DNA of 64,000 nt from an uncultured delta proteobacterium (GTDB taxonomy: Bacteria > Desulfobacterota > Syntrophorhabdia > Syntrophorhabdales > WCHB1-27), in assembly GCA_963717985.1 (NCBI GenBank), contig CAVQYC010000003.1:34314-98313 (forward strand). The letters are read 5' to 3'. The notes under the pieces were generated by a model. The model was not told the DNA's origin. It did no database searches and was given only the letters and a program-made list of their open reading frames with translations. Position numbers and translations under genes: made by a program. Below are positions 10,193-19,358 of this stretch, in pieces; positions within the stretch are counted from its first letter, which is position 1; every line of letters begins with the position of its first letter.

Positions 10193-12475
10193 CTATGGCC
10201 TTTTCTCCTCTTTCGATATTTCCTCAAGAAGCATCCCGGCATCCCTGTATCCCGGATACTTCTCTGTGAGTGCCTTTAACGTCTTGACCGCCTCATCCCT
10301 GTCTCCCTTCTGATTGAGGTAGAAGGCAAGCGTATACGCATATTTGGGTTCCTGCGGCCTGAGTTCTGCTGCTTTCCGGCACCAGGTGACCGCCTCGTTG
10401 ATGCGGTCCTTAGAGGTGATGACACAAAGGTCATAGGCCGCCTGGGCCATCCGGGGATCGGCCTTCAGGGCCTTCCTGAGATACTGCTCTGCCCCTTTCG
10501 TATCGTTCTGCTCTGCCTTGAGAAGGCCCATATTGAAGTTTGCCGCCGGGTTGTCCGGGGCGACCTTCAGTGCCTTCTTGAGAGATTCGTCGGCTTTCTT
10601 GTTCTCTCCCATGCGCGCATAGGCCATCGATTCATTGACCATGGCCAGGATCGCTCGCGGTTCAAGCTTTAATGCCGTGTCGTATGAAGAAATGGCCTGC
10701 TTGGGATCGTTGCGGTTGAGGTAGTAATTACCCAGGTTGTAGTGCGATGACCATTGGTCGGGCCGGGCGATGAGCGAAATAAAGTACTCTTTGTTTGCAG
10801 CCTCGACACCTTTCTTATCGGTCTCATTAAGGGGGAGGTTCGGAAACGCAGCAAGAGATGCTGCTGCGCGCACGCGCACGAGACGGTACTCGTCGCCTGT
10901 CGCAGTCACAAGGGCCTGGACCGCTTCACGCGTTGGCACATGTTGCAGGGCGTCGGCTCCGGCTGCGCGCACCAGTGGAGAAGGGTCCTTCATGACCACG
11001 AGGAGTACCGGGGCTATCCGTACATCACCGGAGGTCGGGACCATCCGGATAAGAGAGACGGCAAAGATCTCGTCGCGGTCCTTGCCGGCAATGTAGTCAA
11101 GCATTGCGGGCAAATGTTTCCAATCCCGCTTGCGGGCCTCATCGATGAGAGCAGCGCGCTTGAGCACCGGCGCCTGATAGTCACGGGTGTGCCACTCGCG
11201 GACATATTTGTCTGCCCAGGCAGCGTCTTTATCGGTATGGCAGAGGTTACAGGCATTGGGGGACTTATAGGCAATGGTAGCCGAGGGTGTCGGCGGCAGC
11301 ATGGAGTGGTCGGTGCGGTTCATCCGGGCAAAAGAGGTGACGGGCATGTGGCAGGAGATGCACTTGCTCGCCGGGCTGCCGGCCTTGTGGTGCGTGTGGG
11401 CAATGGGGTCCTTCACCTTGTTCTCGTGGCAGGGCATGCAGGCATCGTTGGCTTTTTCTTCCGCCTTGAACCGGTAGCGGCCGCTCGATGTGTGGCAGGT
11501 GATGCAATTCAGTTTCCCGGCCTTGCCGCAGGGGCTCATGAGCCAGGAGGTATAGGTGTAGTTCTCACCCAGGTCACGGCCGTCAGGGTAGAAGTCCGGG
11601 TCCTCAAGGGTCACGATATCGTAGTGGTCGTAAAAGCGATCCCCAGGTGGGTAGGTGGCGGTGACCGGAGACATCTTGGCGTGGCATCCGGCGCAGGCGG
11701 CATTATGCTGCTCCGGGCTGAACTTCTTGACGCTGATGATCTTTATGTCAGCCGGCTTCTGTCCTTTCGGCGTTTCACGAAAGACCCGGTTGTGCTCTGC
11801 CGATGGCCCATGGCAGGTCTCACAGTTGATGCCCGGCTCTGCCCAGGTTGTTTTGTAGACATCGGTCTTCAGGTCGTAGTTGGTCGAGAGCTGGCTCATG
11901 TGGCAGTTATAGCAACCGGTGTTGAACGTGTACCCGGGGTCTCTCCAGCTCACCTGCTGACCCCTCTCCGTTCCCGGGAAGTGGCGCACGCCGCTTGCGG
12001 CCGTGTCGAACCACTGTCTGCTTTGCACGTCGTAGGCGATGGGAAGTGTTTGCAAACGACCTCCCGGGAAGGGGGTCAAGAAATAATAGACGTTTTTACC
12101 TCCCAGGGCGTGCTCGATCTTATACTGGTTCATCCCCTTCGGGCCGGACTCACTGACCACCCCTTTCGCGAGATCGGCGCGGTACCTGAGCCCTCCGATC
12201 ACCACGTCGTCCTGCTGGGGCGCGAGCCGGGCCTTCGCAAACGCCGCAGTGTAGGGTTGCATGGCCAGTCCGTGCCTCGACGTAGACCAGAGCTGATAGA
12301 ACCGCTCGTGGCACTCCCGGCAGCTTACGGAGCCGGCATAGCCCTGGGACAGGGGGGACGCGGTATTGTGGGCCGGCATTGGTCCTTTGCGTGCGTCTTC
12401 GGCCATTGCCTGATACCAGGTTCCATAAACAAGCATTCCTATAAGGACGGCCAAAATAAATCTTAGCTTCCTCAT
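10193..12475 (-). CDS. octahaem c-type cytochrome fused to HEAT-like and TPR repeats
   Basis: Signal peptide MRKLRFILAVLIGMLVYGTWYQAMA. Eight CXXCH motifs (CRECH, CYNCH, CETCH, CAGCH, CITCH, CMPCH, CISCH, CNLCH). The C-terminal ~330 aa carry HEAT-like (..DPSPLVRAAGADAL..) and multiple TPR units (..YNLGNYYLNRNDPKQAISSYDTALKLEP..). Confidence 0.85.
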   Translation of the reverse strand: MRKLRFILAVLIGMLVYGTWYQAMAEDARKGPMPAHNTASPLSQGYAGSVSCRECHERFYQLWSTSRHGLAMQPYTAAFAKARLAPQQDDVVIGGLRYRADLAKGVVSESGPKGMNQYKIEHALGGKNVYYFLTPFPGGRLQTLPIAYDVQSRQWFDTAASGVRHFPGTERGQQVSWRDPGYTFNTGCYNCHMSQLSTNYDLKTDVYKTTWAEPGINCETCHGPSAEHNRVFRETPKGQKPADIKIISVKKFSPEQHNAACAGCHAKMSPVTATYPPGDRFYDHYDIVTLEDPDFYPDGRDLGENYTYTSWLMSPCGKAGKLNCITCHTSSGRYRFKAEEKANDACMPCHENKVKDPIAHTHHKAGSPASKCISCHMPVTSFARMNRTDHSMLPPTPSATIAYKSPNACNLCHTDKDAAWADKYVREWHTRDYQAPVLKRAALIDEARKRDWKHLPAMLDYIAGKDRDEIFAVSLIRMVPTSGDVRIAPVLLVVMKDPSPLVRAAGADALQHVPTREAVQALVTATGDEYRLVRVRAAASLAAFPNLPLNETDKKGVEAANKEYFISLIARPDQWSSHYNLGNYYLNRNDPKQAISSYDTALKLEPRAILAMVNESMAYARMGENKKADESLKKALKVAPDNPAANFNMGLLKAEQNDTKGAEQYLRKALKADPRMAQAAYDLCVITSKDRINEAVTWCRKAAELRPQEPKYAYTLAFYLNQKGDRDEAVKTLKALTEKYPGYRDAGMLLEEISKEEKRP

Positions 12476-12619
12476 GCAGCGACTCCTATTGCCATACTAA
12501 ACCGATCCCTTGTCATTCCGTGGAAGGCGAAGAAGTCAGGAAACCATTAGTCGCGGCGGCAGTGCAGGCTGGGAAGCCGCACCAGCCTGCACGGGGTCAA
12601 AACGGGTCGGTTCCTTCGC

Positions 12620-13300
12620 CTAGGGGTGCTCAGGATGTGAGGCCTTCCAGGCTTCCATAAAGGCCGGGATTCTCTCTGCCCAAAACTTAAACGCCGCTTT
12701 CGCTGATCCCAATTTTGAGAATCTCTCAAAGTATCCTGCGGTCTGTTCGTCCACCGCTACCGCGATGACTTCGTTGGTTGTCGAATCAAGGGCCATAAAC
12801 TCAGCGCTTGTTGCCCCTGAACCGGTCCAGGAACCACCTGCACCCTTCTTGACAAAGCTGACGACGATCCCTACGGGGACTACGGAGGTGATGGCGCTGA
12901 CCACGGGTTTGCTCTTCTTTATGTGGGTAAGGGCGATCCTGAAGCGGACTACATCAGGCCCCGGTTCCGTTACGATGGCGAACTTGTCCTTTAAGGCGTC
13001 GGTGAGGGCCTGATTGAAATCATTGGTAAGTTCCTCCATCTGCGCCACATCGACCCCCTTGTCTTCCGAGTCATCCGCATAATAGAAGACAGGGGTGTCT
13101 ATCATAATTTTATTGTACTTGCTGAAATCGACACCCGGCTTGAGCCAGCGCTCCTTTACCCCATCTTTCGGACCGGGTCCGAGGTCCTTGTAGTAGTCGT
13201 CCAGAAAACCGGAATACTTCGACTCGGCCGCAAACCCTGCAGATGCCATAAAGGCCAGCCCGATCACTACTGCCATAACTATTCTTGCCGTTCTTTTCAT
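12620..13300 (-). CDS. DUF3313-like secreted/lipoprotein
   Basis: Signal peptide MKRTARIVMAVVIGLAFMASAGFA. Contains ..YSGFLDDYYKDL..WLKPGVDFSKYNKIMIDTPVFY.., which I recall as DUF3313. Confidence 0.55.
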   Translation of the reverse strand: MKRTARIVMAVVIGLAFMASAGFAAESKYSGFLDDYYKDLGPGPKDGVKERWLKPGVDFSKYNKIMIDTPVFYYADDSEDKGVDVAQMEELTNDFNQALTDALKDKFAIVTEPGPDVVRFRIALTHIKKSKPVVSAITSVVPVGIVVSFVKKGAGGSWTGSGATSAEFMALDSTTNEVIAVAVDEQTAGYFERFSKLGSAKAAFKFWAERIPAFMEAWKASHPEHP

Positions 13301-13649
13301 GACTCCCTCCTTTTTTTTCTGTTTCTGTTTAGTGTATAAGCGGTGTCAGGAGCCACCTTGATGGTCGCATCCTGGCTACCCAAACCATCCGATTACTTCA
13401 TCACTGATTACCGATCACCTCCTTCATTCCTTGTCACTCTCCGGTTTGCACCCATCATCGACGTGACCGGCTTCTTCACGTAAAACCGGAACCCTTTCCA
13501 AAGCCTCCCATCATAGCCAAGTGATTCACCGCACGTAAGTGTTGCTCTCAGCGACTTGCTTCGGGCGAAGAATCTATCCAACGAGGACCGCAAGCCGGGT
13601 ATCCGTGCCGCGGGTGGTGGGGCCTCTCTACTTTCTTTGGCATCCGCGC

Positions 13650-14246
13650 TTACCGTATGGGCGTAAGCTCCTTGAGTGCGCCCGCGATGTCGCGGCTGAG
13701 AGCCGCAAGAGCCCGGCTGTGGGCCTGGACCAGGGCATCGTAATCCTGACCCGCCGCAGGCTCACTGTAGCTCGATCTTTTCGTCACACGCGCTTTCTCT
13801 GCACCGTATGAAACGTTCCACCAGGCTTCAAGATCGACCGTCTTGCCGAGCGTCCCATCCATGTGCAGCACTTCCACCTCCACCCGGTAGTCGGGCGCTC
13901 TTGACGGCTTCCACGGGTAGAGCAAGACCTCTCTCGTACAGATGAGTCGCGAGATATTCTCCGCAAGCATGCGAGGGACGCTGTCGGTGAGCGGCTCTGC
14001 CCATAGATCGAAATAGGAAAGGACAAGCTCATTTGGGGCGGTGCGGGTAACGATCTGCGGCCGGTTGACATATTCAGGCAATTTTATGGGTCCCATACCG
14101 ACGTTGACACAAGACTCTTCCGGTGTAACTTTGCCCTCGCCGGTAAGGGGGCTCAAAACATAGTATCGTGACGGCGCGTTGCTCGCGCACCCGACGAGGA
14201 GCAGCAGGCATAAACCTATTTCCACAACAACAAGATAACTTTTCAT
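13650..14246 (-). CDS. ABC-transport auxiliary lipoprotein (PqiC/DUF330-like)
   Basis: Lipobox in MKSYLVVVEIGLCLLLLVGC/ASN, followed by SRYYVLSP. The ATG at 14246 sits 1 nt after the stop of the upstream MCE gene. The ORF-track N-terminal extension was discarded. Confidence 0.65.
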   Translation of the reverse strand: MKSYLVVVEIGLCLLLLVGCASNAPSRYYVLSPLTGEGKVTPEESCVNVGMGPIKLPEYVNRPQIVTRTAPNELVLSYFDLWAEPLTDSVPRMLAENISRLICTREVLLYPWKPSRAPDYRVEVEVLHMDGTLGKTVDLEAWWNVSYGAEKARVTKRSSYSEPAAGQDYDALVQAHSRALAALSRDIAGALKELTPIR

Positions 14247-14247
14247 C

Positions 14248-15267
14248 TCACTTCCCCCCCGTGTTTTTCTTACCGAAGATAAGGGCGTCAGGCTGGTGCT
14301 GTATCGTATCTGACAGTTGCCGCAACGATCGGGCAGCAGACCCGAGTTCGTCAAGTGTTTTCGCGAGTTGGTAGGAGACAATGGAGTCCTCCCCAGCCAG
14401 GTCTTCGATATTGCCCATGGCAGCCTGGGCTTTCTTTAACGTGACCTTGGCCTCGTCAGACGTCTTGGTGACACTCGAAGCCAACGGCTCTATCTGGCTT
14501 TCTAACCGCGTCGCGAGTTGGTCGAGGTGGGTCGCGACATCCGTCATCCTGGCTGCCAGTGGATTGACGTGGTGATCGACATCCTGCACCAGCGACCGTG
14601 TGTCATTCACGGCTTGCCGTGTCGCCTCGATGGTGCTCAATATCTCCGGCGAGTTCACAAGCTTTTCTATCCCTCCCATTGCGGCATTCACCTTCGCAAT
14701 AATCTCCTCTATCGGGAGGTTCTCAAACCGCTTTGCCAGTTCCTGCAGCGGCGTCTGAATCGTGGGGATCTCCACGTACCGAGGGTCGGCCCCCACCAGG
14801 GTCGCCGGCTTGTCCGGGTAAAAGTCGAGGGCGACCATGAGCTGGCCCGTCACGATGCTCTGCATCTCAAGCTGCGCCCTCACGCCCCGTTTGATCAGCT
14901 CCCGTGCGAAATCATTAAAGCCGTGCAAACCCCTGTGAGCTTTCGTGGCGTAAGCCTCCGTACTTTGACTGCCCTTCACCGTCTCTAGGGAACCCTCTTC
15001 GAGCTCCACGTAAACGGGGATCATAACGGAAAGGTCTTTCGGATTGAAGAGCATCTTGATGTCGGTCACCGTACCCACCTTCACCCCACGGAAGACGACA
15101 GGTGAACCGACGGAAAGCCCCTTCACCGATCCCTGGAAGTACATCACAAATGTCGGGTTATGCTTGAAGAATTTCCCTGACCCCAGTATAAGGATCGCCG
15201 CAACCAGCAGGGCAATGGCGACTACGACAAAAAGACCTATAACTGTTTTGTTCACTGGCTTGCTCAT
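14248..15267 (-). CDS. mlaD: MlaD/MCE-family substrate-binding protein
   Basis: N-terminal TM segment plus the MCE domain: ..FVMYFQGSVKGLSVGSPVVFRGVKVGTVTDIKM... Long helical C-terminus. Confidence 0.8.
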   Translation of the reverse strand: MSKPVNKTVIGLFVVVAIALLVAAILILGSGKFFKHNPTFVMYFQGSVKGLSVGSPVVFRGVKVGTVTDIKMLFNPKDLSVMIPVYVELEEGSLETVKGSQSTEAYATKAHRGLHGFNDFARELIKRGVRAQLEMQSIVTGQLMVALDFYPDKPATLVGADPRYVEIPTIQTPLQELAKRFENLPIEEIIAKVNAAMGGIEKLVNSPEILSTIEATRQAVNDTRSLVQDVDHHVNPLAARMTDVATHLDQLATRLESQIEPLASSVTKTSDEAKVTLKKAQAAMGNIEDLAGEDSIVSYQLAKTLDELGSAARSLRQLSDTIQHQPDALIFGKKNTGGK

Positions 15268-15291
15268 GAGCTTTCCACCTCCTACGTGGTA

Positions 15292-16065
15292 TTAGCGCCT
15301 TTCTTGCCGTGCTCCTTCTTCGCCCCGGGTGAGGAAGCTACGAACTCTTGGGTCAGTCGATTCGGCGAGTAACTTCTTCGGATCGCCACTCGCGGTCATG
15401 GTCCTGGAGTCCACGTCGAGGTAGATCGAGTTGTTCCCGATGGCAAAGATGCTTGCCAGCTCATGGGTTACCACCACGAATGTCGTCCCCAGGCTCTCCC
15501 TCAGTTCCAGGATCAGGTCATCGAGCAGCCGGGCACTCACCGGATCGAGCCCCGCAGAAGGTTCGTCGAAAAAGAGGATGTCCGGGTCAAGAGCCATGGC
15601 CCGGGCAAGGCCTGCCCTCTTCCGCATGCCGCCGCTGATCTCTGAAGGATAGAATTCCTCGAACCCTGCCAGGCCGACAAGGGCAAGCTTTAAGGAAACC
15701 ATGTCCCTGATCCGGGCGCGATTCAGGTCGGTGTACTGTTCCAGGGGAAGGGCCACATTCTCTGCCAGGGTCATCGAACTCCAGAGGGCACCGCTCTGGT
15801 AGAGGATGCCGAATCGTTTCATGATACGCTCCCTCTCGTCCGGGTCTGCATCCCAGAAGCTTATGCCGTCATACAGCACCTGCCCGCGGGAGGGCTCCTT
15901 CAGTCCTATGAGAATCTTCAGCAGGGTGCTCTTGCCGCAGCCGGAGCCTCCCATGATAATAAAAATGTCTCCGCGGCCGACCGTAAAATCAAGATTCTTC
16001 ATGAGGATGAAGCTGCCGTACCCCATGTCCAGGCCTTTCACCACGATTTGCGGCTCTTTGTCCAT
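15292..16065 (-). CDS. mlaF: ABC transporter ATP-binding protein (MlaF-like)
   Basis: Walker A GGSGCGKST, signature SGGMRKRAGLARA, Walker B ILFFDEP. Start ATG 16065 after AAGGTGGA, directly behind the permease stop. Confidence 0.85.
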   Translation of the reverse strand: MDKEPQIVVKGLDMGYGSFILMKNLDFTVGRGDIFIIMGGSGCGKSTLLKILIGLKEPSRGQVLYDGISFWDADPDERERIMKRFGILYQSGALWSSMTLAENVALPLEQYTDLNRARIRDMVSLKLALVGLAGFEEFYPSEISGGMRKRAGLARAMALDPDILFFDEPSAGLDPVSARLLDDLILELRESLGTTFVVVTHELASIFAIGNNSIYLDVDSRTMTASGDPKKLLAESTDPRVRSFLTRGEEGARQERR

Positions 16066-16076
16066 TTTTCCACCTT

Positions 16077-17228
16077 TCAGATATGGAGCACGTTGCACAG
16101 GACCGTGATGAGCGCCGTTGCCACGACGATGCTGACGATGCCGGTGACAACCGCCGAAGTCGTCGCATTACCCACTGCGGACGCGCTCCGACCGCACTGT
16201 ATCCCTCTCAGACACCCCGAGAGGGCAATGATGACCCCAAAGACGAGGCTATAGAAAAGGCCAATCCATACGTTGGTCAGATGGAGGGATGCCCTGGTCT
16301 CGTTGAGATAGACAGTGGGATTGAGGTCGAGCATCGTGACGCCGACGATCAATCCTCCCAGGATACCCATAAGGTCCGCGTAAATGCAGAGCAGGGGCAT
16401 CATGACAATCAGTGCCAGCATTCTGGGCAGTACCAGGAACTCCATGGGAGAGACCCCAAGGGTTTGCAATGCATCGATCTCCTCGTTCACCTGCATGGTG
16501 CCCAGTTGAGCCGCGTAACTGGCACCGGTACGGCCGGCCATGATGATCCCCGTCATAACGGCACCCATCACCCTGACCATGGCTATGCCCACAAGGTCGG
16601 CTACATAGATCTGGGCACCAAAGGCCTGGAGCTGGATCGCACCCACGAAGGCGAGGATCAGTCCTACAAGCATGCTGATGAGGGAAACAATGGCAAGAGC
16701 CTGGGCACCTGACTCCTGAAGGAATAAAAGCAGGTCGGACCGGCGGAAGGAAGCACGTCCCCCCAGGAGCCTGATGAAGGCGATCCACGCCCCACCGAGG
16801 AAGGCGAGGGCTTCACTGAAAGAAGTCACCCACCCCAGGGCCTTGCCCCCTACGCCTGAAAAGAAGGGCTCTCCGTGGGATTCCTTCCGGGCGCCCTGTC
16901 GCTCAGCTACCGCCGAAGCCAACTGCAGAAGACGCTGTGCGCCTTCAGGGAGCCCCTCGATCCGGCACTCGACCTGTTTCCCTGCACACCATTGCGTGAC
17001 TTTTAGCATGAAGACCAGGAGGTTGCTGTCCCATCCTGTAAGCCCGGAGGCTTCGAAGCTTACACTCCGCAATCCGGACCCAGGCTCAATTACCTTCTGC
17101 ACCTCATCGGTACCCGGCAGATCGTGCCCGATTCGCCAGTCTCCCGAGAGGTGGATGACCAGCAGATCGTTTTCCGGACGACTCACGCTCAACCCGCTAT
17201 TCGCCATTTTCATTTCCGCGACCCGCAT
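16077..17228 (-). CDS. mlaE: MlaE-family ABC permease with an N-terminal STAS-like domain
   Basis: The C-terminal ~260 aa form the MlaE-type permease (..LGVSPMEFLVLPRMLALIVMMPLL..). The N-terminal ~120 aa look STAS/MlaB-like (..LLVIHLSGDWRIG..). Start taken at ATG 17228. Confidence 0.75.
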   Translation of the reverse strand: MRVAEMKMANSGLSVSRPENDLLVIHLSGDWRIGHDLPGTDEVQKVIEPGSGLRSVSFEASGLTGWDSNLLVFMLKVTQWCAGKQVECRIEGLPEGAQRLLQLASAVAERQGARKESHGEPFFSGVGGKALGWVTSFSEALAFLGGAWIAFIRLLGGRASFRRSDLLLFLQESGAQALAIVSLISMLVGLILAFVGAIQLQAFGAQIYVADLVGIAMVRVMGAVMTGIIMAGRTGASYAAQLGTMQVNEEIDALQTLGVSPMEFLVLPRMLALIVMMPLLCIYADLMGILGGLIVGVTMLDLNPTVYLNETRASLHLTNVWIGLFYSLVFGVIIALSGCLRGIQCGRSASAVGNATTSAVVTGIVSIVVATALITVLCNVLHI

Positions 17229-17500
17229 GGCTGGATCACCTCCTTCTTCAGCAGAACGACGTCTCAACGAGCAATCGGATTATGATCTTGAGGATTTTGT
17301 TCCGAATCGGGATATATTGGTTTGCAGCGTTCCGGGCATTTCTATACCAATGACGCCCGACTTGGCGCCCCATCATCATCCTTTCGACAGGCTACCGCCA
17401 TGAGATGACCAGTCCATATTCCGTGACGCACCTGATTGTTGGGGTTGCCCCATTCTTCCTTTCGCTTCACGTTCTGCTGTTTACTGATGATTGCTTCGGA

Positions 17501-17970
17501 TCAGCGATCACCATCTTTTTGTTCCTGGTCAGTGCTTTTCCCATTCTTCTTCGTCTTCGAGATGGCCCACCAGATGGCATCCAAGAGGGCTTGATCATCG
17601 ACCGGTTTTCGGAAGAAGGACACAGCTCCCAGTTGCCGAGCGTGTTCGCGGATCTGTGCGCCGTCACTGGCGGAGACCACGATGACCGGCAGTTGCACTC
17701 CGCACGCCGCCAGTTTATGCCGAAGATTGAAGCCGGTTGAACCGGGCATTCGCATATCGAGAAGGATGCAGTCGTTTTCCAGGATACTTTCCAGCGGGAG
17801 ATTGAGGAGAGAAAGGGTGGGGCATTAACCCGGACAATCCTGAATTCGCGATCCAAAATCATGACCGGATCCAGAATGGAATCAAAGGTGGTCTGCCATT
17901 CTTCCGCAGCCTTTCCCACTTTTTGCTCCTTCTGTGTGCGGTTGGTAACGTAGAGCGACACGCCCGCCAT
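17501..17970 (-). pseudogene. chimeric remnant: PAS-domain N-terminal fragment abutting a 5'-truncated receiver (REC) domain
   Basis: One frame reads ..EEWQTTFDSILDPVMILDREFRIVRVN (the beginning of a PAS domain) and then degenerates. After an in-frame TAA, the other frame reads LSLLNLPLESILENDCILLDMRMPGSTGF..LPVIVVSAS..GAVSFFRKPVDDQALLDAI, which is REC beta3 to alpha5 only with no beta1/beta2. Confidence 0.6.
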
Positions 17971-18180
17971 CTCGAAAGCCGGTGGGTATGACGCAACTCT
18001 TAGCCTATGGTTATTATAGTTCGGGCCGGCTGGATAGACAAGCTGGCCAGGGTGGCTTTATTGTCGGCAGCAGGAGTCAAAGGCCGGCCGCAGAAAAGAG
18101 GGATCTCGTGCAACATTATGACAAGGACCTGAGTAGGCCTCAATTCCGACGGATGATGTCGGATGTTCATAAGGGGCACA

Positions 18181-18218
18181 ATAAAAAAGGACCTATGGGG
18201 TGCATCTCCCATAGGTCC
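18181..18218 (-). terminator. intrinsic terminator, inferred to be the ancestral tRNA-Asn terminator now displaced by the island
   Basis: Perfect 11-bp stem ggacctatggg/cccataggtcc (18189-18218) with an 8-nt loop. On the minus strand it is followed by TTTTTTAT. Confidence 0.6.
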
Positions 18219-18262
18219 AACTTATTTAGACTCGGCAAATCGGTGTGCCGAGAGTCGCACTC

Positions 18263-18280
18263 AAAAAAGCCCGGGCAGGA
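18263..18280. repeat. distal att repeat (attR) of the tRNA-Asn island
   Basis: aaaaaag + cccgggcagga (18263-18280) matches 25452-25458 + 25462-25472 (the tRNA-Asn 3' end plus its downstream T-run) apart from a 3-nt gap. Confidence 0.6.
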
Positions 18281-18756
18281 GTCACACTAACGGCCTAACA
18301 TACAGGTATAATTGGCTTAGAGGAAATATAAATAACTGACATGCCCCCAAAACGGCCCCTAAAAGTGAAAGTACCCCCCGGTTATGAACATTCCGATCTA
18401 CCCCCGCTCCCGCGCGAAAGGATGAGCACGGGGCGGGGGAGGAGGTACTACTTCACTCAATTATAGGCTCACTCAAGGAGAAAATAAGAAGGACCTTTCG
18501 AGCATGTCGGGAACAGCATCGGGGCTGGTCCTGTGGGCTTGTTACTTAAAACATATCTCAACGCTCTTAAAACCCATCGTCTTTGAGGGGGAGAGGTACC
18601 GAAAGAGAATGGGCCTCAAAAAGAACACACCGGAAAGAAATTGACCATGACCAGCGAGACGTGCTAAAAACTGAGGATAGGGTGCGTACTCTGGGTCGAT
18701 TATAATAATTTGAAAAGGGGTGGGTCCGGTTACTCGAAAAGTCAATCGGAACTAAA

Positions 18757-19308
18757 ATGAACCAAAAAGAATATAAGACCGTAAGAGAAAGGCTGTTTTG
18801 GTCCTATGCAAATCTTGCAATGGCTCATACAGCCGTTGAAAGAGGGCAGGATAAATATGGTACCTTCAACTATATGATAAGGGCAAGATTGTTTAAAGGG
18901 CTGATCGATGGCACTATGAATATAAGAACATTATTTGACGACGAAAGAGTCAAATTATTGTCGGGTCAACGATGTAGCTACTGTGGCTCGACAAACGACT
19001 TAGCTCTTGACCATATTTTTTCTCAGAAATATGGCGGCAAGGATATCGGGGACAATTTGATTTATGCTTGTAGACCTTGTAATAGTTCGAAAGGGAAAAA
19101 GGATTTAATGGAATGGGTGAATTCAAAAGGAATGTTTCCTCCATTAATGATCTTGAGGCGGTATTTGAAACTGATAATTGAATTCTGCATTCAGGAAAAC
19201 CTTATGGACTCTTCTGTGGAGGATTTAAGGAATCACAATTATCCCTTTAACATCGAGCTTGTGCCGATATATTTTCCTAAACCAAACCTTTTGAAAATGA
19301 CAACGTAA
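18757..19308 (+). CDS. HNH endonuclease (183 aa)
   Basis: Motif C-SYCGS..LALDHIFSQKYGGKDIGDNLIYACRPCNSSKGKKDL (CxxC..DH..N..CxxCN). The gene is AT-rich: 33-43% G+C in the two 60-nt lines I counted, against ~57% nearby. It is the only + strand gene in the island. Confidence 0.8.
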   Translation: MNQKEYKTVRERLFWSYANLAMAHTAVERGQDKYGTFNYMIRARLFKGLIDGTMNIRTLFDDERVKLLSGQRCSYCGSTNDLALDHIFSQKYGGKDIGDNLIYACRPCNSSKGKKDLMEWVNSKGMFPPLMILRRYLKLIIEFCIQENLMDSSVEDLRNHNYPFNIELVPIYFPKPNLLKMTT

Positions 19309-19358
19309 TGAACCACATATGAAATCGTAATGTCGCCATCGGCTCGTCTGTAAGGTGT

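Noticed and set aside
18542-18745. A 67-aa minus-strand ORF in the non-coding stretch upstream of the HNH gene.
   Set aside because: It has no RBS and no family resemblance, and it is hydrophobic/low-complexity. I left it uncalled and treated the region as non-coding.
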